A stretch of DNA of 64,000 nt, from assembly GCF_009914755.1 (NCBI RefSeq), contig NC_060943.1; one strand, given 5' to 3'. Shown in pieces: positions 42,636 through 61,138 of the stretch (its first letter is position 1; each line of letters opens with the position of its first letter). The position numbers were made by a program, and so were the translations under genes. The notes under the pieces are model-generated. The model saw only the letters and a list, made by a program, of their open reading frames with translations. It had not been told where the DNA came from and searched no databases. This DNA comes from the human T2T-CHM13v2.0 reference genome, Homo sapiens.

Positions 42636-43575
42636 TCATTGAGCATACAGCATTCTCCCAAGCAGTGTTTCTAGGGTCCTCTTGATGTCCCTGTTCCGCA
42701 AGCAATAGATGAAGGGGTTCAGCATGGGGGTGACCACAGTGTACATGACCGAGGCCACCATGCCCCACCAGGAAGAGGACGATGCATTGGAACTAAGATA
42801 CACACCAAGGCCTGTCCCATAGAATAAAGAAACCACAAACAGATGAGATCCACAGGTAGAAAAGGCTTTGTGTTTCCCATCTGTGGATGAGATTCTCAGG
42901 ATGTAGGAGACAATTTGGGTGTAGGAGAAAAGGATCCCTGAGAAGGGCACAAAGTCCAGAAGGCCGGCCACCACGTAGAGCAGGATGTAATTGACATGTG
43001 TGTCTGAGCAGGTAAGCCTGAGGACCTGAGCAAGCTCACAGTAAAAGTGCTGAATGACTCAACTGGTGCAGAAGGACACCCGCAGCACCAACAGACTCTG
43101 GATCAGGGAGTATGACAAGCTGAGGAACCAGGACACAAGAACCAGCAGGCCACAGAGGCAGGGGTTCCTGGTGACACAGTAGTACAGGGGGTGACAGATG
43201 GCCACATACCGGTCATAGGCCATCACGGTGAGGAGAAATGTGTCCATGCCTCCAAAAACCATGAAAAACATACATCTGGGCGATGCAGTCTGCATAGCTG
43301 ATGGCATTGCTCTGCACCTGGATGTTCACCAGCATCTTGGGGACTGCGGTGGAGGTGAAACCGATGTCAGCCAGGGACAGATTGGAGAGGAAGAAGTACC
43401 TGGGGGTGTGGAGGTGGGAGTCAGAGCTGATGGCCAGGATGATGAGCAGGTTCCCCAGAACGGTGACCAGGTACATGGACAGAAACAGTGCAAAGAGCAA
43501 CTGTTGATCCTCTAGGTCTTGGGAAAATCCCAGGAGTAAAAATTCTGAAACTCTTGTTTGATTTCCCAAGTCCAT
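42636..43575 (-). pseudogene. OR7H1P: Full-length family-7 OR pseudogene: 1-nt insertion (~43269), in-frame TGA (43059-43061), PMY changed to PRY
   Basis: [16 protein letters not shown]...[13 protein letters not shown]...[10 protein letters not shown]...[12 protein letters not shown]; 940 nt = 313 codons + 1. Symbol inferred from gene order. Confidence 0.8.
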
Positions 43576-44051
43576 GTTGCTGACACATCAGCTAGACAGT
43601 TAAGGAAGGGAAGAAACATGAAATAGATGCTGAACAGGCTCCAAAATCTCTCTGCTTTTTTATTTCTTGAGGTGAATAATTGGATACAAAAGCTTTAAAA
43701 TAGCAAAACTTAGGAATCCTACATTCTGTCATTTGTTATAGGCAACATTTCATAACGTTGACTAACCCCTGTTCATTGGCCTCTCAGAGGCTTACCCATT
43801 CCCTTTTTCTCTGCTTTAGAATCATCAAATCTACCAAGAGCAACTTTAGACCTTAGAGATAAAATGGTCTGCACCTGCTCTAACACATATAAGGTTCAGT
43901 GAACTTAAGAAAAGGTCAGGGTCATCTTCCTTGTCTAAGACACAACTGAGACTGAAGAAGGTCAGACAACTATGTCTGAGCAGTGAGAAAATATGAAAGC
44001 AGAGATAATAGCTAGACAAAATATTGCAAGATGAGTGGATTTAGGTTTTCA

Positions 44052-44179
44052 AGGAAGGAAAGAGGAAGGGAGGGAGGGAAGGAGGAAGGAAGGGAAGGAA
44101 GGAAAGAAGGAAGGAAGGAAAGGAAGAAAGGAAGGAAGGAAGGAAGGAAGGAAGGAAGGAAGGAAGGAAGGAAGGAAGG
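44052..44179. repeat. (GGAA)n purine-rich microsatellite
   Basis: Tandem GAAG/GGAA run. Confidence 0.95.
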
Positions 44180-44431
44180 GTTACTTGTTGCCTTAAGTCC
44201 CACTTGGAATTATGGTGGCAGCCAAATTCTGATTCAAATAGGTCATGACATTACCAGTAATAACATTCATCTTAAGAAGCTGACCGCACATTAAAAACTT
44301 TCTACCTTAGAACCAGGGTTTCAAAATTAGAGACCAGAAAGATACAGTCATTTGACACTTATATGATTCTCTTTTTCCATCCACATAATAAATATGTCCT
44401 AATCTGTTTCTAGTGTCTAGTGTTGGTGCAC

Positions 44432-44787
44432 AATTTTTTTTGTTGTTGTTGGGTTTTTGTTTGTTTTCTTTTCTTTTGAGACAGAGTCTTGAGCTGTCAC
44501 CCAGGCTGGAGAGTTCAGTGGCGCAATCTCGGCTCACTATAACCTCTGCCTCCCGGGTTCAAACAATTCTCCTGCCTCAGCCTCCTGAGTAGCTGGGATT
44601 ACAGGTGTGCACCACCATGCCCAGCTAGTTTTTGTAAAAATACAAAACTAACTAGCTAGTTTTTTACAAAAACTAGTTAGTTTTACCATGTTGGCCAGGC
44701 TGGTCTTCAACTCCCAACCTCAGGTGATCTGCCCACCTCGGCCTCCCAAAGTGCTGGGATTACAGGCATGAGCCACAGCACGTGGCC
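44432..44787 (-). mobile_element. Alu with rearranged central linker
   Basis: Reverse Alu; TSD TGGTGCA(C/T)AATTTTT. Confidence 0.9.
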
Positions 44788-44859
44788 TGGTGCATAATTT
44801 TTGTTGAGCCGTGCTGGGAAGTACAGAAGAATTGAACTAGGTTGACAACTAGGTTGTCA

Positions 44860-45383
44860 GTCACTGAAAAAGTGCTAACAGCCATTCTGCAAGAGGGTCT
44901 TCTTTGGGCCAGGCTAAGTGTTAGCTGTTGGGGATACAAAGATTAATGATGTGGTCTTTTTTTTCTTATGGTTCCACCTTCCAGAAGATGGATTCAGAAA
45001 CAGATCATTGTAACACAGTGAATTAAGTGCTAAAATAAAACGATGTACAGAGTGGAGTACAGAGAGGAACCCTCAATCCAGCCTGGAGTAATGCATTCAG
45101 GGAAGGAGTCCTGGAGGAAGGAATACCTGGGCAAGGAGTTACCCAGGTGAATGGTTGCACAGGGGCATTTCTGGCAGAGATATAAGCAAGGGAATAAGCC
45201 TAGAAGCAAGAAGCAGCATGGGACAGAGTTCTCTTAGCCCTTTGCTGCTGCTTAAGTACAAAGTGTTAGATAGAAACGATGAGGATGATGTTGGAGAGGT
45301 GGGCAGGGATGACATGTCTAAGAACTTTGAAAAGTATAATCCATAAAGGATGGGGCTGTGAAGGAACGGCAATCAAAGGAGTA
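44860..45383. mobile_element. L2-like fragment
   Basis: GCTGTTGGGGATACAAAG, CAGGGAAGGAGTCCTGGAGGAAG, GGCATTTCTGGCAGAG motifs. Confidence 0.55.
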
Positions 45384-46293
45384 ACATGATAGGAATTGCA
45401 ATTCTCCCTGGGGCCTGGAGGGAAAGATGGATTTAGGGCAGGCAAAACTAAGGATAAGGGAACAGGGTTGGGGATTCTTCATATCATTGGAATTGAGGGG
45501 AACAACTCAGGAATATTTTTGCAGAAGAAATACAAAGGCCAGGAGAGGTAAAGGAATGAGGTCAATGTCTTGCTAACAATCTCAGCTTAAGGATGAGACT
45601 TGACCTTCAAGTGAAATGAAGGGAATTATGGAAAAGAATCCTGCAGGTTTCAATGCTTCCCTCGTGTTCCCCAGAGGATATGATGTCAAGAGGAGACTGG
45701 ATGTTGGGCTTGCCTGAGCCCTTCACTTTCCCTCACTCACCCATCGTACCCTAGTTGTTATACACCATGGCCTTCCATTCCAGGGAACACAGACGCTTGT
45801 CTCTTGAAGGTGTCTACTTAGAATCATGGATAAGGGTAAAGAAGGATGGGGAAGGATAAGTCTTTCTGGAGAGGCAGGAGATGTTTCCAAGCAAGTGAGG
45901 GTCACAGAGAAGAATTCAGAGAGGCTTGATCTAGGCTGAGGGCCTCTGAAGTTCTTGGGTCAGGTAGTAGGTGAAAAGAACTAGAAGTGACCAGGACTTC
46001 ACTGCAAGGCACCTACAGCTCCTACTGAAACCTGCAGGATTCTTTTCCATAATTCCCTTCATTTCACTTGAAGTCAAGTCTCGTCCTTAAGCTGAGATTG
46101 TTAGCAAGACATTGACCTCATTCCTTTACCTCTCCTGGCCTTTGTTTTTCTTCTGCAAAAATATTCCTGAGTTGTTCCCCTCAATTCCAATGATATGAGG
46201 AATCCCCAACCCTGTTTCCTTGTCCTTAGTTTTGCCTGCCCTAAATCCATCTTTCCCTCCAGGCCCCAGGGAGAATTGCAATTCCTATCATGT
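45384..46293. repeat. Inverted repeat: arms 45384-45652 and 46026-46293, 373-bp spacer
   Basis: Arms are reverse complements with about 5 substitutions and 1 indel by eye. Confidence 0.93.
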
Positions 46294-46676
46294 ACCTTGG
46301 AGCATCCATTTGTACAATGCAGATTGGTCACTCCAAGACCACACAGAGTGATCCAGGGCAGCGCTAAGATATCAAACAGTGCCCCAGGCCAACAAAGAGT
46401 AGCCCTTCCTATAACCTCCATCAGTCATCTACCCAAGTAATATACAGGCAAAGTTAAAGCTCGCTATACAATGGCTATTTAAGCAAGTAGTCTAGCCATT
46501 CTCCCTTCCAAGAAATCAGCCTCAACAGCCCCTTCTCCGTGGACATCACAGGGTTTCTCCTGCCCTATGATTAACAAGTCAATGCCTTTCCCCTCAATCA
46601 TCTCTTTTCCCTATTTCCCTCAACACTTACTGAGCTATGCAGGTTTGACAATGTGGACCCACCACAGGAGCCACCT

Positions 46677-48225
46677 TGTGTCCAGAATTGGTGGGTTCTT
46701 GGTCTCACTGACTTCAAGAATGAAGCCGCAGACCCTCGCGGTGAGTGTTACAGCTCTTAAGTGGCGCGTCTGGAGTTTGTTCCTTCTGATGTTCGGATGT
46801 GTTCGGAGTTTCTTCCTTCTGGTGGGTCCATGGTCTCGCTGGCTCAGGAGTGAAGCTGCAGACCTTCACTGTGAGTGTTACAGCTCTTAAAGCAGCGCGT
46901 TTGGAGTTGTTCGTTCCTCCCAGTAGGCTCGTGGTCTCGCTGGCTTCAGGAGTGAAGCTGCAGACCTTCGCGGTGAGTGTTACAGCTCATAAAAGCAGCG
47001 TGGACCCAAAGAGTAAGCAGTAGTAAGATTTATTGCAAAGAGCAAAAGAACAAAGCTTCCATAGCTTGGAAGGGGATCCGAGCGAGGTGCCACTGCTGGC
47101 TGGGGCAACCTGCTTTTATTCTGGTATCTGGCCCCACCCACATCCTGCTGATTGGTAGAGCCAGTGGTCTGTTTTGACAGGGTGCTGATTGGTGCCTTTA
47201 CAACCCCTAAGCTAGACACAAAGGTTCTCCACGTCCCCACTAAATTAACTAGATACAGAGTGTCCACACAAAGGTTCTCCAAGGCCCCACCAGAGTAGCC
47301 AGATACAGAGTGTCAATTGGTGCATTCACAAACCCTGAGCTAGACATAGGGTGCTGATTGGTGTGTTTACAAACCTTGAGCTAGATACAGAGTGCCGATT
47401 GGTGTATTTACAATCCCTGAGCTAGACATGAAGGTTCTCCAAGGCCCCACCAGAGTAGCTAGATACAGAGTGTCCATTGGTGCATTCACAGACCCTGAGC
47501 TAGACACAGGGTGCTGATTGGTGTATTTACAATCCCTGAGCTAGACATAGGGGTTCTCCATATCTCCACCAGACTCAGGAGCCCAGCTGGCTTCACCCAG
47601 TGGATCCCGCACTGGGGCTGCAGGTGGAGCTGCCTGCCAGTCCCGGTGCCGTGCGCCCGCACTCCTCAGCCCTTGGGTGGTCGATGGGACTGGGAGCCGC
47701 GGAGCAGAGGGTGGCGCTCGTCGGGGAGGCGCGGGCAGCACAGGAGCCCATGGAGGGGGTGGGAGGCTCAGGCATGGCGGGCTGCAGGTCCCAAGCCCTG
47801 CCCCGTGGGAAGGCAGCTAAGGCCCGGTGAGAAATCGAGCGCAGCGCCGGCGGGCTGGCACTGCTGGGGGACCCAGTACACCCTCCACAGCCGCTGGCCC
47901 GGTTGCTAAGCCCCTCATTGCCCGGGCCGGGCAGGGCAGGCCGGCTGCTCGGAGTGCGGGGCCCGCCAAGGCCACGCCCACCCGGAACTCCAGCCGGGCC
48001 CGCAAGCGCCGCGCGCAGCCCCGGTTGCCGCTCGCGCCTTTCCCTCCACACCTCCCTGCAAGCTGAGGGAGCCGGCTCCGGCCTTGGCCTGCCCAGAAAG
48101 GGGCTCCCACAGTGCAGCGGTGGGCTGAAGGGCTCCTCAAGTGCCGCCAAAGTGGGAGCCCAGGCAGAGGAGTCGCGGAGAGTGAGCGAGGGCTGTGAGG
48201 ACTGCCAGCACGCTGTCACCTCTCA
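46677..48225 (-). mobile_element. Solo LTR12 (LTR12C-like, ERV9)
   Basis: TGTGTCC...CACCTCTCA ends, 4-bp TSD ACCT (46673-46676, 48226-48229), expanded ATTGG/GATA repeats at 47150-47560. Confidence 0.93.
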
Positions 48226-48658
48226 ACCTCCCCTGAATCTTGTTGTCTCGTGGAAGTAGGCGATGAAGACAGAAGCTCTGCCCCCCAAAAGAGCAGGGAG
48301 ACAGAGCCCGGCAGGTGGTACGCGGCCTGGATGATTTCTCCTGGAGAACGCATGAGTGTCTTGGACCTTGCGCCTGGGGGCCTGGGTGACTGTAAGTAGA
48401 TGAATTGCATGTTGGGCCCTGGGGTGGTCTATCCCCTCTGAAGCTTGTTAGACAAATTGGTCAATGGCGTATTCATTCCCTGATCAGTTTGGTTCCTCAT
48501 GGGCAGGGACTACACAGGAAGAGGTCTCTGAACGGCCAATTCCTTATTCTTGGGAGACTATCAATGGGGCCAGCTGTGACTCCCGTCTCCTGTACCTCTC
48601 CTTTGGGAAGAATCACTCTAGTCTACTTTGAATCACCTTTGGTGACAACTGTCAGCAA

Positions 48659-53164
<4,506 letters not shown>

Positions 53165-54499
53165 TTAGGATAGTGGAAGAAGTGTTTCTGATCCCACAGA
53201 AAGGATATAGTCCCTGCTTCCACCCCAGCCATGCTAGTATCACTTCCTATATGCATTTCTGGTGATACTGAGTGGCTTTAATTTACAGCCAATGTTGATA
53301 ATCCATCTGCCCAAGGCTAAACATAGACTGGTTCTTATTCCTTATTTTTTAACACCTTTCAGATTTTTACATATTAGCCAAAAATTTTATGATTGAGGAA
53401 GATAACAGAAACACAACTAATTGAGAAGCTTCTCTGGGTACTTTGGGCCTCTTAGAGTGGGGTGCTGGGTTAAGTCTTATCGCATTTCAAAAGACTTAGT
53501 GTGGATAGTGAATTTGAAGACAGATCTGACCAGAATACTGTGTCCCACATATCCTGGTAGCAGAACACTTAGATATCTGTACTCATTCATTTTACAAATG
53601 TTTGAGTCACTATGAGGTGTCTGTCACCATAAAGGAAAGGAAGCAATCCAGGACTAGTCATAAATTTGAGTTGGAAGTACAGTGTCATTTATAAGGGTGG
53701 AACAGGTATGATAAGGGTAGCTTGCTAAAGAAAAGTTCTATTTGGGGCATGTTATTTTGAAGATGATTATCAGCCATGCAAATATATGTTTGGAGCTCAG
53801 AGGAGGAGTCTGAGCCATGATTTGAATTTGGGAGTTGTTAGCCAATGTGTGTATCAGTTAGCTATTGCTCCAATGTGCTGCCTAACAAATGATCACAAAA
53901 ATCCCAGAGGCAAAACATCAAGCATGTTATTTAGCTCACAAATCTGGGAGTTGATCTGCATTGGGCTCCACTGAGCCATTTAGCTACTCTTGTGTCTGTA
54001 GCAGTGCCAGAAGTGCTAAAGTTAGCAAACCAAACTACACAAGCATGTTTAAAGCCTCTGCTCATATTTTACTGCTTAACGTTCCATTGCCCAAAACAAG
54101 TCACATAGCAAAGGGCATGAATATACAAGGAGTGAGGAAATGGGGGCATTAATTTTCTAGAATGTGGCAGTGAAAGTCAAAGTACTTGGACCATGGGATG
54201 AAACCACCTTCTGAAGGAGAAAGAAAAAAAGGATCTATTGAAAGAAAGGTCACAAACAGGCATGGTGGCTTACATCTGTAAACCTAGTATTTTGAGAGGC
54301 CAAGGTGGGCAGATCACTTGAGCCTAGGATCTCAAGACGAGCCTGGGCAACATGGTGAAACCCCGTCTCTACAAAAAAAAAAAAAAATAGCTGGGTATGG
54401 TGGTGTGTGCCTGTAGTCACAGCTATTCAGGAGGCTGAGGCAAGTGGGTCACTTGAGTCCAGGAGGTCGAGGCTGCAGTGAGCTGCGATTTTATAGCAC

Positions 54500-55860
54500 C
54501 TTTCAGAATAGTTTTCAACTTTTATAAGACAATATAAACCTAATACAAAACAGACAAGTATATTATGATAAAAGAAATCACAGGACAACCTTCTCATGAA
54601 CATAGACACAGAAATACTTTTTTAAAAGTAACATTGAATCTAGCAAAAATGAAAAGGCTAATAAACCATATCCAAGTGTGGTTTATTCCAGTAATAGATG
54701 TTGTTTTACCATATGAAAATCAAGGAATATATAATTCACCTTATTAACAGATTTAAGAATTTTTTTTTCCAGACCTCTCAGGATTGACAAGGATTTCTTA
54801 AAGACTCTGATAAAGACTCTCTTTATCTAGAGAAGGCACTAGATAAAATCTAATGTCCATTCATGATTTTTACAAAACAATCTTGACAATCCAAGAATAA
54901 AACAGAATTCCCTTAATTTGATAAAGGTTATTTATAAAAAACTTCTAGGTAGTATCATACTTAATGGTGAAATATTAAACACATTTCCCTAAGTTCAGAA
55001 ACAAGGCAAAGATATTCACATTCATTTCTGTTCATTATTCTAAAGAAATAAGGCAAGAAAAATAAGCAAAAAATAAAGTTTAGACGTTAGGTAAGACTTT
55101 CTTTTATTGGTATTAACAGGATTATATATATATAGAAAATCCAAAATCCACAAAGTATTGGAATAAATAATTGAATTTATAAATGTCACCAGCTATAAAG
55201 TCAATATACAAAAAGATATTGCAATTCTACGTACTAGCCAAAAACATTGAAAAACAAATTAAAAATACAAAGCAAAATATACTAGAAATAAATTAAACAA
55301 ATCAAGATTTCTACAATGAAAACTATAAAACACTCTTGAGAAAAGTTAAAGACAACCTAGGTAAATGGACAATTATACCATATTCATCAACTGGAAAACT
55401 CGATATTGTAAAGATGTCAATTATCCTCAGGTTATTTTATAAAACCAATGCAATTACAGGCATAGTACCAAAAATTCATTTGTGAAAATTAATCCTGAGA
55501 TTCCAAAATTAATTTAGGAAACATGGGGAACAGAGAAGGCAAGACAATCTTAAAGAATAAAAAAGTTGGAAGGCTTTCACTACCAGATTTCCAAAAATAT
55601 TACAAAGCAACATAAATTAAGATAGTATGGTATTGATGCAAGAAAAGACAAATGAACCAAGAGGCAGAGATCACCTCAGCAAAGAGGAAACCATGGTCTC
55701 TTTGATAAATCTATATACACACACCTTGATCCTACCTCACACGCTACAAAAAATTATTCAAAGTAGATCACAGACCTACATAAAAAAACAATAAAGAATC
55801 TAGAAGGAAACATAGGAGAGTAGATTCATTATCTTGGTCCAGGCAAATAATTCTTAAACA
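54500..55860 (+). mobile_element. Degenerate L1M ORF2 fragment
   Basis: A-rich; ATCATACTTAATGGTGAAA, CTCGATATTGTAAAGATGTCAATT motifs. Confidence 0.75.
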
Positions 55861-55912
55861 GGTGTCAGATCTCAAGTTGATCTTTATGCTCATTAAAGAT
55901 TAAGCAGCAATC

Positions 55913-56219
<307 letters not shown>

Positions 56220-56971
56220 TAGCAATCTAAACACATGTTAATGGATGACACCTGACCTTTCTAAAATGCTATCTAGGAACTACCTAACCCTGGCTGAGTT
56301 CCCAGACTTCACAGTTCCCACTTGCTGCTAAGACCAGCATAACAGCTAACATTACCACTGCTTTTAGATCCTACCTGCCCACTCCTTCCTCCTCCCCTCT
56401 GCATACGCCCCAAAACTGCCAGGACTCTATGATTCAGTCAGTGCAGACTCTAATCCAGTTTCTGGATAAGAACAGGCACTAACCCTAAACAAATGAGAGT
56501 ATTACATTCCCCAGGCCAGTGACTAGAGTACAGTGGGCAAGTGAGCCAATCAGAGCCAACGAGATTCAATTCTGATCATCATATTGGAACCACTCAAAAA
56601 GACAATCACTCTTTTCTCCCTGAGACTTTAAGTTGGGAAGAAAGTAGCCAGAGTTTCTGGGGCCATCTATGAAGAGACAACCTGCTTGGAAGAAACACTA
56701 ATGCAGGAGGATGCACAGCCAAGACAGGGAGACAGAATTCAACTAGATAACATTTTTTTAGCCCCAGGATTTAGCCATGTCTGAAGCTCGTTATACCCAA
56801 GGACTTTTTAGTAATAAATTATTTAAACCAACAAATTCCCTTTAAAGAGTGAAAAGACAAGACAGAGATTGGGAAATGTTATCTGTAATGTATGTATATA
56901 TAATATACATATTTTATGTATATATGTAATATATGATACATGGTTTATACATATCTATGCATGTGTACCTA

Positions 56972-57347
<376 letters not shown>

Positions 57348-58383
57348 GAAAAGAAATCATAAATGGATGAAATGTTTCAACAGGTGCCCTCAAAAAAAAA
57401 AAAAATCCAAATAGCCAATAAGCACATCGAAAAGTACTCGAAATCATTACACATCAGGTAAATGCACACTGTCTGCTGGATGACTATAATCAGAAAGAGC
57501 TGGACAGGTGTGTGAAACAACTGGAACTTTCATGCATTGTTTTGGGGATTATTCGTGGAATCGATATTTTTTGAAAACTGCAATACCTACCAAAACTAAA
57601 TTTAAAGTCTACCCTATGATTCAGTAAATTCATTCCTGAGCATATAGCACATACCAAGATAAATAAGCCCATACATCTATCAAAAGAACAATTAAAAGTC
57701 AAACCACACATTATGTTGAGCAAAAGAAGTCAAAACACATAACTGTATATATTGTATTTTAACATTTGGATGAAAATCAAGAACAAGCACACCAAGTCAA
57801 TTATAGTAAGAGTCAAAATTGTGGTTGCCCTGTGGAGTAATTATCACTGAGAAAGAGGATGAAGGAACTTCCTAAAGTCTTGGAAATGTTCTGTTTACCA
57901 GGACATGTACATACATGAAATGTCATTAAGCTGTACATTGAAGATTAGCACACTTCATGCATGTTAGTATATGTATAATAAAATAAAAAGTGATTATGGG
58001 GAAATAGTAGAGTTATACTTTTAAAGAGAAAATATAATAGGAGGGAAATATCACAGTAGTAGATTATACTTTTAAAGGGAAAATATAATACTGTAGCTAA
58101 AGGTACCTGAAGCAATTCATCTTCTTACATTTAAAAAAAAAAAAAAAAGCAGTAAAATCTTTCCTGTTTAAAGGTGTCAAGTATAAATCTTCCTCCATTA
58201 AAACAGGATGATACCCTGTGGATGCTTACCTCAATTACCAAGGGTAACTTCCCTCACTCTCCACAGCTCTTGCTTTTGAGACTTGCGAACGTATTTTTCC
58301 CCATGAATAGCATGACATGATGCGATTGGACTGTGTAAGAAAGACTGCAACATAAGCAAAATGGCAATGCCAGAGCTTGCTAG

Positions 58384-58578
<195 letters not shown>

Positions 58579-59679
58579 TGATCCTCCAGCCTCAGCCCCC
58601 TGAGTAGCTGGGACCACAGGTATGCACCATCACGTCCAGCTATAACATTCAGTTTTGAGCAAATATTGATCAATGAGTCCAACAGTCAGAAAAATGAGCT
58701 GAAAACTAGAGGTCACCAGGCCTTTATACATCTGTCTCTCTGTCTGATGGCCCCACTAAACATAGCATAACAGCTTTTTCTTCCCTTATGCCTTCCAAAT
58801 CTCGTACAAACTCTTATTTTAGACAAGTCTAACCTAGAACTGGAGAAAAAAGTGATTCTGGGAAATGTAGTTAATGTAACACAATTTTTACACTCAAAAC
58901 ACTGGATCCAATTCCCAGCCACGAGCAAGGACAAAGAATAAAATATAAAAATAGTATATTAAATTAATTTCTGCTGAAATTACTCACTAGACAATAAAAG
59001 CTTTTAATAGTAAAAATTTATCATCTCAGAAACTCTAACGTCTCTTAGCAAAAAAGAATAGGAAGAAAAATATTGAGTGGGCAAGTTCCATTATCTGCCA
59101 TGTAGACTAAAAACAAAACATCAACAAAAATCAATATTTGGTTTTTGGTTTGTCAATATTATATTGGTTTGTCAATATTATAACGACTACCCATTTAAAG
59201 AACAATGAACATTAATTAGAAACCACTTTTTTAAAAAAGACCACTGCTGCCTATACAGAAAAAATATTTCGTGTCCTCCATGATCCAAAAGATTTTGTAA
59301 TGGAAATCATATTTACATCAGAACCAAAATTAAAGCACCTCATACTAAAAAGTATGTGGCTAGAGCTGAAAAGGTAAATTTATCACCTTCAATGTTCCTA
59401 TCAGAAAACACTGGTAATCAACGAGCCAGCATTCTACTTTAAGGATGAGGCACTGATCTTCATTTCTAGTAGAGATTTTCTTATACATAATAAGCAATGT
59501 TCATAAAGGCTTTAGCACATGACTTACATACACAGGGTTTCTCTAAAGTGTCCTCAAATCTTCAAAACGATGAGCAACAATTTCCTACTTTCTTACATTC
59601 ATAGGGTGTCTCCACAGTATGAGATCTCACATGTTGCCTAGGATCTGAAGCTTTGCAGACATTCCCATATTCCTTACAT

Positions 59680-61138
59680 TTATATGTTTTCTCTAGTGTG
59701 AGTTTTCACATGCCTTCGAAAGTAGGCAGGACAAACAAAGGCTTTCCCACATTCCTTACATTCATAGGGTTTCTCTCCAGTGTGGCTTCTCACATGCCTT
59801 CGAAAGGATGAGGGACAACTGAAAGCTTTTCCACATTCCAGACATTCAAAGGGTTTCTCTCCAGTGTGCATTCTTGCATGTACAGTAAGGTATGAAGAAT
59901 GACGAAATGCTTTCCCACATTCCTTACATTCATAGGGTTTTTCCCCAGTGTGCGTTCTCATGTGGATCCTAAGGGCTGAGGGATAAATAAAGGCTTTCCC
60001 ACATTTCTTACATTCATAGGGTTTCTCTCCAGTGTGAGTTCTGATATGTACTGTAAGGTGGGAGGAACTAATAAAGGCTTTCCCACATTCTTTACATTCA
60101 TACGGCTTCTCTCCGCTGTGAGTTCTTAGGTGTTCGGTGAGGGATGAGGAACGACTAAAGGTCTTCCCACACTCCTTACATTCATACTGTATCTTTCCAG
60201 TGTGATCTCTCACATGTGCTCTAAAGGACGAGGGACAACTAAAGGCCTTCCCACATTCCTTACATTCATAGGGTTTCTCTCGACTTTGATTTTTCACATG
60301 TGTATTAAGGGAAGTGGGAAGGTAGAAGGCCTTTCCACATTCCAGACATTCATACGGTTTTTCTCCAGTGTGTTTTCTCATATGGATACTTAAGGAGGAG
60401 GGACAATTGTAGGCTTTCCCACATTCCTTACATTTATAGGGTTTCTCTCCAGTATGTGTCCTCCCATGTACAGTGAGTTTTGAGGACTCGCTGAAGGCCT
60501 TCCCACACTCTTTACATTCATAAGGCTTCTCTCCAGTGTGAATTCTTATATGTATTATAAGGTGAGAGGAAGAGCTAAAGGCCTTCCCACATTCCTTACA
60601 TTCATATGGCTTATCTCCACTGTGAATTCTTTTGTGTTTGGAGAGTGAGGAGGAACAACTGAAGGCCTTCCCACATTCCTTACATTCATAAGGCTTATCT
60701 CCACTGTGAATTCTTTTGTGTTCTGTGAGCGATGAGGAACAACTAAAACCTTTCCCACATTCTTTACATTCATAGTTTGTCTTTCCGATGTGAATCTTCA
60801 TATGTGCCCTAAAGAATGAGGAACAGCTGAAGGCTTTGGTACATTCCTTACATTCATAGGGCTTCTCTTCAGTGGGGGTTTTCATATGCTTCTTGAAACA
60901 AGCAAGAAAATGGAAGGCCTTCCCACATTCCTTGCACTGATAGGGTTTGCTTCCAGTATGAGACCTGATGTGACTCTTAAGGGATGAATGATCCACGAAG
61001 GCCTTTCCACACTCATGGCATTCACAGGATTTTACTTCAGTATTTCTCTTGAGTGAATCAAGATTTGGAACTTGGCTGAAAGTCTGTCCATCTTGATTTT
61101 CTTCATAACATTCATAGATGTTCTCTACCATATGATTT
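59680..61138 (-). CDS. ZNF699: Last coding exon of a KRAB zinc-finger protein; 16 C2H2 fingers, two lacking the last His
   Basis: Tandem CxxC...HxxxH fingers with TGEKPY linkers; acceptor TTTTAAAAG|A at 61139 (phase 2); stop TAA at 59680-59682. Confidence 0.92.

Noticed and set aside
45735-45744. ATGG|GTGAGT as a coding mini-exon for the OR7H-like gene
   Set aside because: Splicing to 43591 puts this ATG 20 nt from the main ATG, out of frame, and that gene has its own ATG; at most a 5'UTR exon
46640-48400. Possible fossil exon split by the LTR12 (CAG| at ~46642, |GTAAGT at ~48392)
   Set aside because: The reconstructed frame has stops and I recognise no homolog
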